Below are positions 23,901 to 31,747 of a stretch of DNA of 31,747 bases, piece by piece (positions within the stretch are counted from its first letter, which is position 1; each line of letters begins with the position of its first letter). The stretch is taken from positions 62,001 to 93,747 of the forward strand of contig JYFJ02001049.1 in the NCBI GenBank assembly GCA_000934665.2. The letters are read 5' to 3'. Under the pieces are notes generated by a model that searched no databases, was not told where the DNA came from, and saw nothing but the letters and a program-made list of their open reading frames with translations. The stretch comes from Catajapyx aquilonaris. Lineage: Eukaryota. The position numbers were made by a program, and so were the translations under genes.

Positions 23901-25986
23901 GCCCTTTAAAGAAGCTGATGACCATTGTCAAGAAGAAGTCGAAAGAATTCACCAAGTCACCTTCACCCAGAGGTGAGTCTCTTCACTATTTCCTATTTGC
24001 AAATACAATAATAACTATTATAATGATGATGATGATGATGCAGGAAGGAGTGGAAAAGTGCACCTGGAGACACCAAAGCAGACTAAGTCATCACCAGTCA
24101 AAACAGCTCCACATTCTGCCCCACCTATTATCCGCAGTAAAAGTCAACTGGAGAGGAAAACTGGTCCAAAGTGAGTTGTAGAACTTATCTACTGGATAAA
24201 ATTAAGGAAATGCACAGGATAATATATTTAAAAGCTTGTGTAACAGGCTTTTGCTCTTATTATTGAACCAATGAAGCAAAATATTGATGTTATTTCAGTT
24301 TGGTCTTTCATTTCTGGCTGCAGTAGCCTACTGGCTGATATTAGATAATTACCTTTTTGATGTATGATTATTTTTATTTATGACATTAATATTTATGTTT
24401 GCAATTGCAGGAAGAGCGTGTCAATGGTTCTTCCGCCAAAGGACACAAAAATGAGTTTGGAAAGGGAAGAGTCCAGTAGTGAGTCATATGAGAGTGACTT
24501 GGGCACAAAGCAGGCACCCAATGAGACGATCTCAAACTTGAGTCCCCAGAGAAGGAAGGCTGTGGTCAGAAACCTACTTCCCAGCTTTGAGCAAGTTTCT
24601 GCAGAAGTGGAGCAACAGGAAGATATCCGCAGAGGAAAATCACATTCCAGGTTAGTTCAATAATTTGTACTGGAAAAGTCCTCAAAAAAATGACTGTGTG
24701 TTTCAGTTGGGGTATTATTTGTATTATATTGATTGAGGATTTTTTGCTAACTGAGGCTAAGTGAACTAAGTTTCAAGGTTTTTCTTCCTTAGTTTCATTG
24801 TACAGGGCGTTTGGCCTAGCTGATGATCCAAGGAGGGGAGATGGAGGAGTGTTGATGGATTAGTCACTCTTTGGCCATGGTGTAACCCCACCTCAGACTC
24901 AGCACATGATTTTGGTCTCCCTTTACCATTTTGAAGCAGCTGACTTGTTTATATTTCCAAGGGTGACTAATGCATCAGCTCTTCCATTTCCTCCCTCTTC
25001 AGATTGTTCACTTACGCAGAGAAACATCTGTCCGCATGTATAAATTTATTTTAAGAGCCAGCCGGCCATCTCTCCCCCATAAAGAGATATGACGCCAATG
25101 AAGTAATTTGATTACTGACCTTGAGAGCTCTCATATCTTCATTTTAAAAATCTATTTCAGCTTAGCGGACATGCAGAATATTCCAGACCTGCCAGATGAT
25201 AATATAAAATTGAAGAAGCCGTCACCTGGTTCAAAGGTGGCTGAGCTAAGCAGAACTATAGAGGAACAGTTGAGTGGACCACGAAAAAAGCCTGCTGGAG
25301 GAGTAAACGTGATGGAAAATGAAGAATACCAACCACCACGTGACATCTCCCTACCTGCCCGAAAAGAGACTAGTAAAGATAATGATGACGATGATGATGA
25401 TTCCTTCTCATTTCCTTCATTTGATGAGCCATATCAACCTAAGAGGTGAGCATCTGCAATCATGTTCCAACTTTATGAAGAGAGCATTTGGAATTTGATT
25501 TTTGAAGCTTTCCTTACATGAAATGGAACTAATTTTATAAAGTTAGATTCTTAGCTGCAATGAGTAAGACATTTCCAATTACAAGTTAGTTATGTTTAGT
25601 AAGTTGACTTACGTTTATGTATAGTCAGTATGCTGTGGGGAGTACAGTAATAGCTGGCACCTTATTATTAATAAGCAAATTGGATACAAGAAAACTACTC
25701 ATCATAAGTTCAATGAATATGTAGTACCGCTTATGTTCTAGAAATAAGACACAATAAGATCCAACTAAGCAATCAATGTACTTGTCCCAGGGCATCATCA
25801 GCGCATTCCACCAACACCCTTGGCACCAGCAAGTGGGGATCGACCTCCGAGATGGGGCAGGAAACCCTCTCAGGCACTACCCCTGCAAGTGGAAAGCCAC
25901 CAGTGCCTAAGCCCAGATTCTTGGGTAGACAAAAAGGGTCCTGGGACTCAGACTCAGACTTTGACATCAGTGATGTTATAGAATAA
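8918..25986 (+). CDS. DZIP1: DZIP1/Iguana-family C2H2 zinc finger and coiled-coil ciliary basal-body protein, ~942 aa; coding exons 8918-9026, 9311-9546, 12441-12857, 12930-13055, 17342-17476, 18592-18733, 20515-20929, 23339-23558, 23792-23972, 24044-24170, 24411-24650, 25161-25445, 25791-25986
   Basis: Dzip-like N-terminal domain (WQFQRKTEKLDWRKLAAVDVERIVRNLDVQTLQDNM...LDPSMVKLFRLAQLIIQYLL), one C2H2 finger CPYCPKAFLATNFLFIHCARRH, coiled coils, and a C-terminus ending WDSDSDFDISDVIE*. All 12 splice phases are mutually consistent (2829 nt). AATAAA at 26378-26383. The exon 8 acceptor could alternatively be 6 nt downstream. Confidence 0.9.
10674..10803 (+). pseudogene. Decayed transposase N-terminal pipsqueak-type HTH fragment
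   Basis: Translates as KGTSYTQDNLAEACDEVA*GVSTAYRASKNYGIPKG, then after a frameshift in a G6 run TLYDHI. This fits the HTH_psq pattern Y..E.L..A...V..G......A...YGIP..TL.D. Confidence 0.7.
10984..11121 (-). mobile_element. 5'-truncated non-LTR retroposon (SINE/LINE 3' end) with an (ATG)n tail
   Basis: A perfect 10-bp direct repeat caaactatgt at 10974-10983 and 11122-11131 brackets the insert, and a (cat)n run abuts the left copy. Confidence 0.7.
11390..12049. mobile_element. Non-autonomous DNA element with perfect 18-bp TIRs, superfamily unassigned
   Basis: caatggggaagtagcctt (11390-11407) and aaggctacttccccattg (12032-12049), with a CpG-rich interior. No clear TSD. Confidence 0.65.
13862..13967. 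repeat. Near-perfect ~106-bp palindrome (fold-back MITE, TA ends)
   Basis: gtactatatcgctcaaaaagatagagacgatt...tgcaagttgca...aatcgtctctatctttttgggcgatatagtac, with about 3 mismatches in the arms. Confidence 0.9.
14076..14774. mobile_element. Non-autonomous DNA transposon (about 40-bp TIR, 3-bp TCA duplication) interrupted by a SINE
   Basis: caagggaatgaccaagggtggtagcctc at the left end, gaggctaccacccttggtcattcccttg at the right end, and tca on both flanks. Confidence 0.8.
14364..14716 (+). mobile_element. tRNA-derived SINE, full length
   Basis: A box tggccgagatgg, B box ggttcgatccc, A-rich tail, 12-bp TSD tgatcgctcatg (14352-14363 and 14717-14728). A second copy lies at 22020-22380. Confidence 0.92.
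15401..15952 (-). CDS. DHFR: Dihydrofolate reductase-family protein (divergent), 183 aa, uninterrupted CDS, antisense within DZIP1 intron 13056-17341
   Basis: Motifs GIG....LPW, KQNA.I.GRRTW, GGSEIY, YLTHI..TF.CDTFFP and EEKGI.F...YEK. The ORF is intact, with an alternative upstream ATG at 16000. Minus-strand AATAAA at 15246-15251. Confidence 0.93.
   Translation of the reverse strand: MNIIAALDSERGIGRDQALPWHLTKDWEHYLHLTTSTTDSRKQNAAIFGRRTWDTLKDLDLQPFPNTLNIVISHSSRPAYINKDVHWVGSLGEALEVCNRLKHVETIWVHGGSEIYKLALESPYLHRMYLTHINATFKCDTFFPKFQEDDFVSVVDERALQGWHEEKGIRFKVRIYEKKHYGQ
18360..18526. mobile_element. Fold-back MITE flanked by AATT
   Basis: aatt-ctgccatcccaagg.gaaacacccta at the left and tagggtgtttc.ccttgggatggcag-aatt at the right; the arms pair almost to the centre. 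Confidence 0.85.
18946..19330. mobile_element. Non-autonomous DNA element with short TIRs and an apparent 9-bp TSD
   Basis: TIRs caggggtgttgc and gcaacacccctg; flanks gataccaac and gatacaaac (1 mismatch). Confidence 0.65.
19220..19311. repeat. Perfect 92-bp spacerless palindrome with Tc1/mariner-like TA-CAGTC ends
   Basis: gtacagtcggctcaaggagtatgttaccagacccctaacctagaaa is followed directly by its exact reverse complement. Confidence 0.95.
19403..20320. mobile_element. Non-autonomous hAT (Charlie-like) element carrying a nested mariner derivative
   Basis: 16-bp TIRs cagtggtttccaacct and aggttggaaaccactg; 8-bp TSD gattaagc / gcttaagc with central TA. Confidence 0.88.
19583..20157. mobile_element. 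Mariner-derived fold-back element made of two inverted transposase 3' ends
   Basis: Ends TA-cgagggccgttccaaaat and attttgaaacagccctca-TA. The minus strand at ~19670-19890 encodes a frameshifted VLPHPPY(S)PDLAPSEFHLFG...HFEDI...VQDWV...WFLEGL..LP..W..C, i.e. the mariner YSPDLAP motif and C-terminus. Confidence 0.85.
20842..20891 (+). repeat. (GAA/GAG/GAT)n coding microsatellite giving a poly-Glu/Asp tract in DZIP1
   Basis: Encodes DEEEEEEEEEEEDDEED. Confidence 0.85.
21629..21730. repeat. ~102-bp imperfect palindrome (MITE-like hairpin)
   Basis: ggccgtcgacagttttggtcttt at the left and aaagaccaaaactgtcgacggcc at the right (23-bp perfect outer stem), plus an inner cgttgacgccg / cggcgtcaacg stem. 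Confidence 0.88.
22020..22380 (-). mobile_element. tRNA-derived SINE, second full-length copy
   Basis: Reverse complement of the 14364-14716 element, with a T-rich tail on the + strand and a 16-bp TSD ccatgcgatgactatt (22004-22019 and 22381-22396). Confidence 0.92.
22556..22891. mobile_element. Small CAC...GTG-ended element (Chapaev/Transib-like)
   Basis: TIRs cactgtgccc and gggcacagtg; flanks ttgc and ttgt; AT-rich interior. Confidence 0.45.
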
Positions 25987-26133
25987 CCACCACGCTACTC
26001 TGCACAGTAACATATCCTATACAAAGTTACAAAGCATTGATAGAAGAGGTCCCAGGCCATCATCAGTTAGGTTCAATAGAAATATGAGTATCTTAATTGC
26101 ATGAGTAGGGTTGTGACTATATTGAAAGCCAAT

Positions 26134-26242
26134 GGGTGGAATTTTCGTCGTACTACTAGTTACTTTTAACTTAGCAGTACCATTGCATTACATTGGTACT
26201 GCTAAGTTAAACGTAACTAGTAGTACGACGAAAATTCCACCC
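26134..26242. repeat. 109-bp hairpin MITE in the predicted DZIP1 3' UTR
   Basis: gggtggaattttcgtcgtactactagttac...ttaacttagcagtacca, a loop, then the reverse complement; aat on both flanks. Confidence 0.9.
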
Positions 26243-28124
26243 AATGCAATGAAAAGAACATGATTCGTGGCAGTAGGTTTATAATATCTCGTGAGGGTTG
26301 GAACTGAATTCATGAGAAATCGCTTTTATTTGGAATGCCAAAAGCAATAATGAAGTGTGATGAATTTTAGTACTGGCAATAAACTGTCAGATGGTGACAG
26401 CTGTTGAGATGTAGTCGGTGAATCTCGCAACAATCCTAGTAAGAGATATCATCACTGGCATAAACACTGATTCTTGTAAAAAAATTAAATACCCCAGGCA
26501 GCTGCTGGTTGGTATCAATTGCTATCACTCTCTCATGTCTTATTCATCTATGGCACGTCACTAACAACCCTAGTGACAACGTTGAAGATTATAGATATAT
26601 GTTTTGAGTAACACTTTGGGCAGTAGTCATTTGGCTGTTCTTCAATAATCACGATATTAATTAATATAATGTTGATCATGGCTTTTGTTCCAACCCTTGT
26701 AACTGTGGTGTACCAGTGTCTTTTCCGTCCTGAAGGAAATCTGGCTGCAAACGAAGTTTATTTATGGATTCAGTCCTGTTTCACAAAATGGCTTGAAAAA
26801 TATATGACTTAAGAGCCCTCTGCAACTCCATAGGGCCTTCTGAATAAGAAATTTAACCTCAAAATGCCAGCAACTTTTAAATAAACATGCGATTTTTATG
26901 GTCCCTGAGATGGAACATGTTACAAGCCAGTTTCTATAACACTTGGGCCAGGAGTTTGGGAGAATCCACACGATTTGTCCAACCATTTGTTTTGCATGCT
27001 ATGCTTTATGAAATGATCATACTTGACATCATTGGAACAGGCTGAGAGTCCTGTAAACTTCACAGTCAGTGTGACCCTTAAGACTGTAGTGAATTTTATT
27101 TCCGTCCAGAAGTGGTGCAAACATATCGACATTTAAGCATATGTTTAAGGGCTATATTTGTGAACATTTCTACTGTAGTTTAGTCATTGTGCCAAAAAGT
27201 AGTTGGCTGAATTTTCATTTTGTGATAGTTTGATTAGATTTATAATGTAACCTAGTCATATTTGTATTTGGCACTACCATAAGATCAGATGGTAATTACA
27301 TGCTCTCTCACTTAAAATGTTCTGTTAGATGGAAGCCATCGATGGCCTGTGCTGTGCTGGCCAAGTACGTACATACAGTTTATGGGTGGCATTCTAGTGC
27401 TATTGAAGTAAAGCAGTACAGTTATCATGCTTTCCATCATATTTCTGAAGCATGGCCATCCTTTGGGAATGTGAAAAGATAACTCACTGCTTTGCCTTCA
27501 CTGGATGCATTTAGTTTAATTTGAGCCTGTATGTCATTAGGGTATCCATGCACAAAGTTAGACCCAAAATTAAGTGTGACAAGCGCTTGTTTTGCAAATG
27601 CACATAGGCAAAGAGAGGGGCATTCGGGACAGGGAGTGCAGTGGTGCATTCATGTCAATTAAAGTGATTTTGGCACATACAGGGTTTTTGCTTGGGGAAT
27701 CAGAGGTAATAACGAGGCACTTTGAATAAAATACTACTTGTCAGCTAAATATCAAAATCTGCCATTAATTGTGGCCCTAGTCAAGCACAATTTTATGAAC
27801 ACATGAAAATTATGAGTATTTCTGAATGCTGAACTTTTTGTCCATAATGTGATCAAACATGAACAAAAAACCTTTTTTCAGTGGTGACACTCTCGAGTCA
27901 TGTGCATTACAATACTTGTGCCACAATGCCTGATGCATGGAGATAGATCAGCTAGTTAACATGTAAAAAACACCAAAATATACTTGTGCAATATCCTGAA
28001 AATCTGACCTATAAATATACAGTTTAAGGTGAAACCTGTTTGTAGGGGACCCTGGATGCAGCAAAACCTGGCCCATTCCAGAACTACTGTGTGGTTCCAC
28101 CCACAGGGTTTCCAATATACTGTA

Positions 28125-28300
28125 CAGTCGACTCTGGATATAAGATCCTCGGCTATTAGCAACCATTGGTTATACCAAACTCGAAAGGCTGGTCCTGGCA
28201 TACTTCCATATATGGCCTGTGCATTTGGATGTAGGAAACCTAGGTTATAGGATACTGATTTCCACAGTTCCTTGAAGTCTCTTATATCCGGAGTCGATTG
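28125..28300. mobile_element. Tigger/pogo-like MITE with TA duplication
   Basis: Ends ta-cagtcgactctggatataaga and tcttatatccggagtcgattg-ta. Confidence 0.75.
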
Positions 28301-28441
28301 TATTTCGGTAGAATGGAAACCCACCTCTTCTGACAACACCCTGACAAACTCAGTTTTAATTACCCAATACATTTCCATGCAGCACATGGACGCAAGTTGT
28401 TATAGTGAAGATTGGTGATGTTTTTTGTCCTCTTGCCTTCT

Positions 28442-29056
28442 TCAGGAGTCATCGTGATCTTCATCCTCTTTCTCTGATTTGCATGGAGGGCATGATGGAG
28501 GAGAGAAGGGGGAGTAGCTTGGAGAGGTCGGAGAGTAGCTTGGAGAGGTCGGAGAGTAGCTTGGAGAGGTCGGAGAGTAGCTTGGAGAGGTCGGAGAGTA
28601 CGTAGGTGATGATGGGGAGTAGCTTGGAGAGGTTAGAGAGTAGTACTTAGGTGATGTTGGGGAGTAGGTTGGAGAGGTTAGAGAGTAGTACTTAGGTGAT
28701 GATGGGGAGTAGGTTGGAGAGGTAAGAGAGTATGTTGGTGACATGGCGTTGTAGTTAGGTGATGATGAATAGGTTGGGGAGTGAGTGTGGAAGGCTGCGG
28801 AGCACTTATAAGATGCTGGGGTGTGCTGTGGGGAGCCTGGTGAATAGGATGGGCTTTTGGGTGGGTATGATGGACTTGGCGAGGTGGCACTGTACGAAGG
28901 GGATGTGGTGCTCTTGGTGGGGCTGTGTGATGGGCTAGCTGTAGAGCAGTTTGGCGTTGTCGGTGTGAGGCTGGGAGAAGTTGGTGCATATGCAGGAGAT
29001 GATGGCCTCATTGCTCCAGCCCCTCTCTCACTCGTTCTTGGTTCTTGCTTGTCCAT
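28442..29056 (-). CDS. Stand-alone 204-aa protein composed of RNA polymerase II CTD-like heptad repeats with an acidic C-terminal tail
   Basis: Four perfect YSPTSPS, plus [35 protein letters not shown] and more degenerate N-terminal heptads; ends [10 protein letters not shown]. An in-frame stop lies ~20 codons upstream of the ATG, and no RPB1 core sequence is present in the remaining 2.7 kb. Minus-strand ATTAAA at ~28355-28360. Confidence 0.7.
   Translation of the reverse strand: MDKQEPRTSERGAGAMRPSSPAYAPTSPSLTPTTPNCSTASPSHSPTKSTTSPSYSATSPSPSYPPKSPSYSPGSPQHTPASYKCSAAFHTHSPTYSSSPNYNAMSPTYSLTSPTYSPSSPKYYSLTSPTYSPTSPKYYSLTSPSYSPSSPTYSPTSPSYSPTSPSYSPTSPSYSPTSPSYSPFSPPSCPPCKSEKEDEDHDDS
28512..28733 (-). 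repeat. Coding tandem repeats: four identical 21-bp units (28512-28595) followed by about three 45-bp units
   Basis: gagtagcttggagaggtcgga x4. The 45-bp unit encodes YYSLTSP(S/T)YSP(S/T)SP(K/T). Confidence 0.92.
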
Positions 29057-29189
29057 GCCCCTTGGTCTACACTCAAGGCCTTGGCCTTGGAGCCGTCTTC
29101 TGGACCCGAGCTGTCCCCTCAGTCACTTTGTTCAGGAAGCCCCTCTTCCTCAGGCTCTGTTCTTCGTCAGATTTGGGGCCGACTGCGGA

Positions 29190-29910
29190 CAAAGATGGGC
29201 ACAGCTAACCGAAAAATCAGATTCTCTAACAGCTGATCAGCTAACTATAAAAAATTGGATTTGCTAAATAGCTAATGCTAAATGGCTAGAAAATTGTTAA
29301 AGCTAAATAATGCTAACAGCTAACTTTTATTTTGGAATGGATGCTTTTTTGGCTATATGACCCTTAGAAAACAGACCTAAGCTGATAAAGCCTAGAGTAC
29401 ATTGCTACACATACGCCTTATTTAGTTACTTACTGTTCCGTACAAAAAGTAATAAACAAATCCAAAGAGCAATAACGTTTATTGCCTTATTGGTCACATA
29501 CTGATACTCTTACATTTTTACTCCATCATTTGGGAGTGATGGTTGGCCATAGGGCCTGGAAGTCCCCCACATTTTTGGACATTGAAAGGAAGACTTTCAA
29601 TTTTGGGTCATCACCAGTGGGATTCCACCATAGGGATTAGGGCCTTGAAGTCCCCACCCATAAACTGGTCTATTTTAATCCCTGCCTGGAGTGGAAACAA
29701 TGCAACTTTAAAAAGTAACAGACAGCGAGACAGGAACACGAATGAATTTTGTTAGCTGAATTTATTTAGCTGCAGTGCGGCACCAAATTTAGTGGGAGCT
29801 AATTAGTCAGCTAGCGGCCTGAAATGTTAGCGAAAACAGCCAATCAGCTAACTGAAAGATAGTTCAGCTATTATCTGTTAGCTGATTAGCGGCGGTAATG
29901 CCCACCTTTG
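29190..29910. mobile_element. Non-autonomous hAT element just upstream of the CTD-like ORF
   Basis: TIRs caaagatgggca and tgcccacctttg; 8-bp TSD actgcgga / actgtgga; many subterminal (a)gctaa / ttagc(t) repeats. Confidence 0.88.
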
Positions 29911-30246
29911 ACTGTGGACGTGTGGAGCAGGCCTCGAAGCCACTGCTGGACCCGAGCTCCTCTCTTCTTAAACACTGGGGACTAACTGCTCCTTATTGTG
30001 TGTCTCTTGATTACTCACTTCACTTTATCACAGCTTTTGCTGTCTGCATAACTGCCAGCTCAGCCTCACCCCTCCTGCTCCACTATCTTCTGCTTGATTC
30101 CCTTTTATGCAGGTTGTGCATCACTATTCACATGCTTATGTGTCAGCCTTATTCTTCTTGATGCTCATCTATATGTGACCTACAGCTCACCCCCGATTAG
30201 GGCAGGTATCAGCAATCATGTGCCTCCCCATCACAATGGGTATAAC

Positions 30247-30357
30247 CAGGGATGGAAAAAGTACCGCTTCCTTCCAAGAAGCGCTTCTTTTTTCCATGTG
30301 CAGGGATAGAAAAAGAACCGCTTACCGCCCAAAGAAGCGGTTCTTTTTCCATCCCTG
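30247..30357. mobile_element. 111-bp hAT MITE built from two tandem hairpin units
   Basis: TIRs cagggatggaaaaag and ctttttccatccctg; perfect 8-bp TSD ggtataac. Confidence 0.9.
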
Positions 30358-30554
30358 GGTATAACTCTTTTCAAAACAGCATTATTCGAATTCAATTTAT
30401 TGAGCACTCACAGCCCATTCAACCTATTAAATGAAATGAAATTTGACATTCATTTCACATCCACATTCAATGTTACTAAATTCATCTTGCAAGTCAATTC
30501 AATTCATAACAAAAATGAGTACAGTATTTAATTTCTTCTTCAGAATGCCAGATA

Positions 30555-30760
30555 CCGTCAAACGGGGTGAGATTGTGCCAGTGCACTCTTTTGTGCCTTA
30601 CTAATCTACTATTATAGCAGCACACGTAAACTAGGGAATTTAGGCATGTTTCACAACATTGAGGGATGGTCAAGGTTGGCAATAATGAGTGAAATTTGCG
30701 GTAGGACGAACTGTTGGCGCAAAAAAAAATGCACTGGCACAATCTCACCCCGTTTGACGG
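30555..30760. mobile_element. 206-bp pogo-like MITE with perfect 31-bp TIRs and TA duplication
   Basis: Ends ta-ccgtcaaacggggtgagattgtgccagtgca and tgcactggcacaatctcaccccgtttgacgg-ta. Confidence 0.92.
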
Positions 30761-31073
30761 TATGTATCCCCTTTTCATGGAGCCATTTTATACTGTCTTG
30801 TCTGTATCTGACAATGCTGGAGGAGTCTCAAAATAGCAATAATGGAGTGCAGTCATATTTTGTACTGAAGCATCATCTCTGTTGCCGTATCATGCCGTTT
30901 AGCTGGAACCATTGTTGTCTGAAGAAGTCTTGTCCGATGAATATCAGTTGAAGTCATTTTCGTCCTATACCATTTTTTCCCCAATATACAGGGTGATTCT
31001 CTCGAATACGAACCCAAACATTCCTCAATAACTTTTTAACTATGGTATGGTTCCTGATGAAAATTAACATGTA

Positions 31074-31461
31074 CAGTCCCGCTCATAGAGAATGGTACGA
31101 CTCTATGGACGAAATGTTTATCCTCATTATCGAGCATGATTCCCCACCTTAATTCGACAAAACCCTATGGACGACCTTTTCTGGACCTCTGGTGACTCGT
31201 GTGATCCATCCCGATTTTGAAATAAAAATTTTCATGGCCAAAATGTTCAACCCGGTGCAATGCTTATGTAGATTTGATGTGAATTTCCCCCCTAAAATTT
31301 TCCAACTTAGCTTTGTTTTTCTCCTCTCTTTTTTTATTTTATTTTGATTCCCTTTTCCCGGACTTCCTCATGACCCCTAAAAACATGCTGGCGGCCCAGG
31401 GGTTGGGAACAGAATGAACATTTCGTCCCTATAGTCATACCATTTTTTATGAATGGTACTG
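31074..31461. mobile_element. Tc1/mariner-like MITE with degenerate ~45-bp TIRs, probably nested in another tacagggtg-type element starting at ~30989
   Basis: Ends ta-cagtcccgctcatagagaatggtacgactctatggacgaaatgtt and aacatttcgtccctatagtcataccattttttatgaatggtactg-ta. Confidence 0.7.
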
Positions 31462-31747
31462 TACTACCTTATATGATGCCATACAATGTCTGCCTAAAGA
31501 ATATACCAAAAGTTCAGTGAGTCCTAAAGCGTCAGCAATCAGAAAAGTGTGATATTAGTGCATGAATGTGATTCTAGTTGACTTCATATTCAGGCAGGTA
31601 AAATACCAGCATCTCCGAAAAGACTACCCCAGTCTGCAGTTTAAGCATAGGGGTCATTCCATGTCAATTCACCGAGCTTTTAAGGAAAATTGACCCTTGG
31701 GTTGTCAGATTTTGACGAAAATCGGCGAATCGCTTTAATTACGTCTT

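Noticed and set aside
27956..28387. 143-aa minus-strand ORF
   Set aside because: It runs through a TA-flanked MITE (28125-28300) and has no recognisable motif.
28442..29056. Calling the heptad ORF RPB1/POLR2A
   Set aside because: No catalytic domains or linker in the window, an in-frame upstream stop, and reversed consensus/degenerate order. A distant upstream exon cannot be fully excluded, so no gene symbol was given.
28405..29267. Plus-strand ORFs with SSLERSE repeats and other overlapping frames
   Set aside because: Antisense and alternative-frame by-products of the heptad repeat array.
1..31747. CRISPR array or hammerhead ribozyme
   Set aside because: The tandem repeats lack unique spacers and are coding. 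The ctgatga/ctgaaga cores I checked lack a stem II followed by GAAA.

Overview
Gene-dense eukaryotic region with spliceosomal introns, from an invertebrate that is probably an arthropod (inferred from the AP-1 sigma C-terminus). Five genes could be reconstructed exon by exon with consistent splice phases: AP-1 complex subunit sigma (-), RPL8/uL2 (+), COMMD2 (-), DZIP1/Iguana (+, 13 coding exons, about 942 aa, one GC-AG intron) and a DHFR-family gene with an uninterrupted CDS nested antisense in a DZIP1 intron. Three things stand out. (1) A free-standing 204-aa ORF built largely of RNA polymerase II CTD heptads (YSPTSPS) with an acidic tail and no RPB1 body in the window. (2) The nested DHFR paralog has replaced the folate-glutamate-binding Arg and other pocket residues. 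(3) An unrecognised two-exon, about 280-aa Q/H/P-rich protein with a C-terminal membrane anchor ends 77 nt upstream of the COMMD2 ATG. The introns and the right end are packed with nested non-autonomous DNA transposons (hAT, Tc1/mariner, pogo-like), perfect or near-perfect palindromes and two copies of a tRNA-derived SINE with target-site duplications. All identifications are by eye from motifs; no database search was run.
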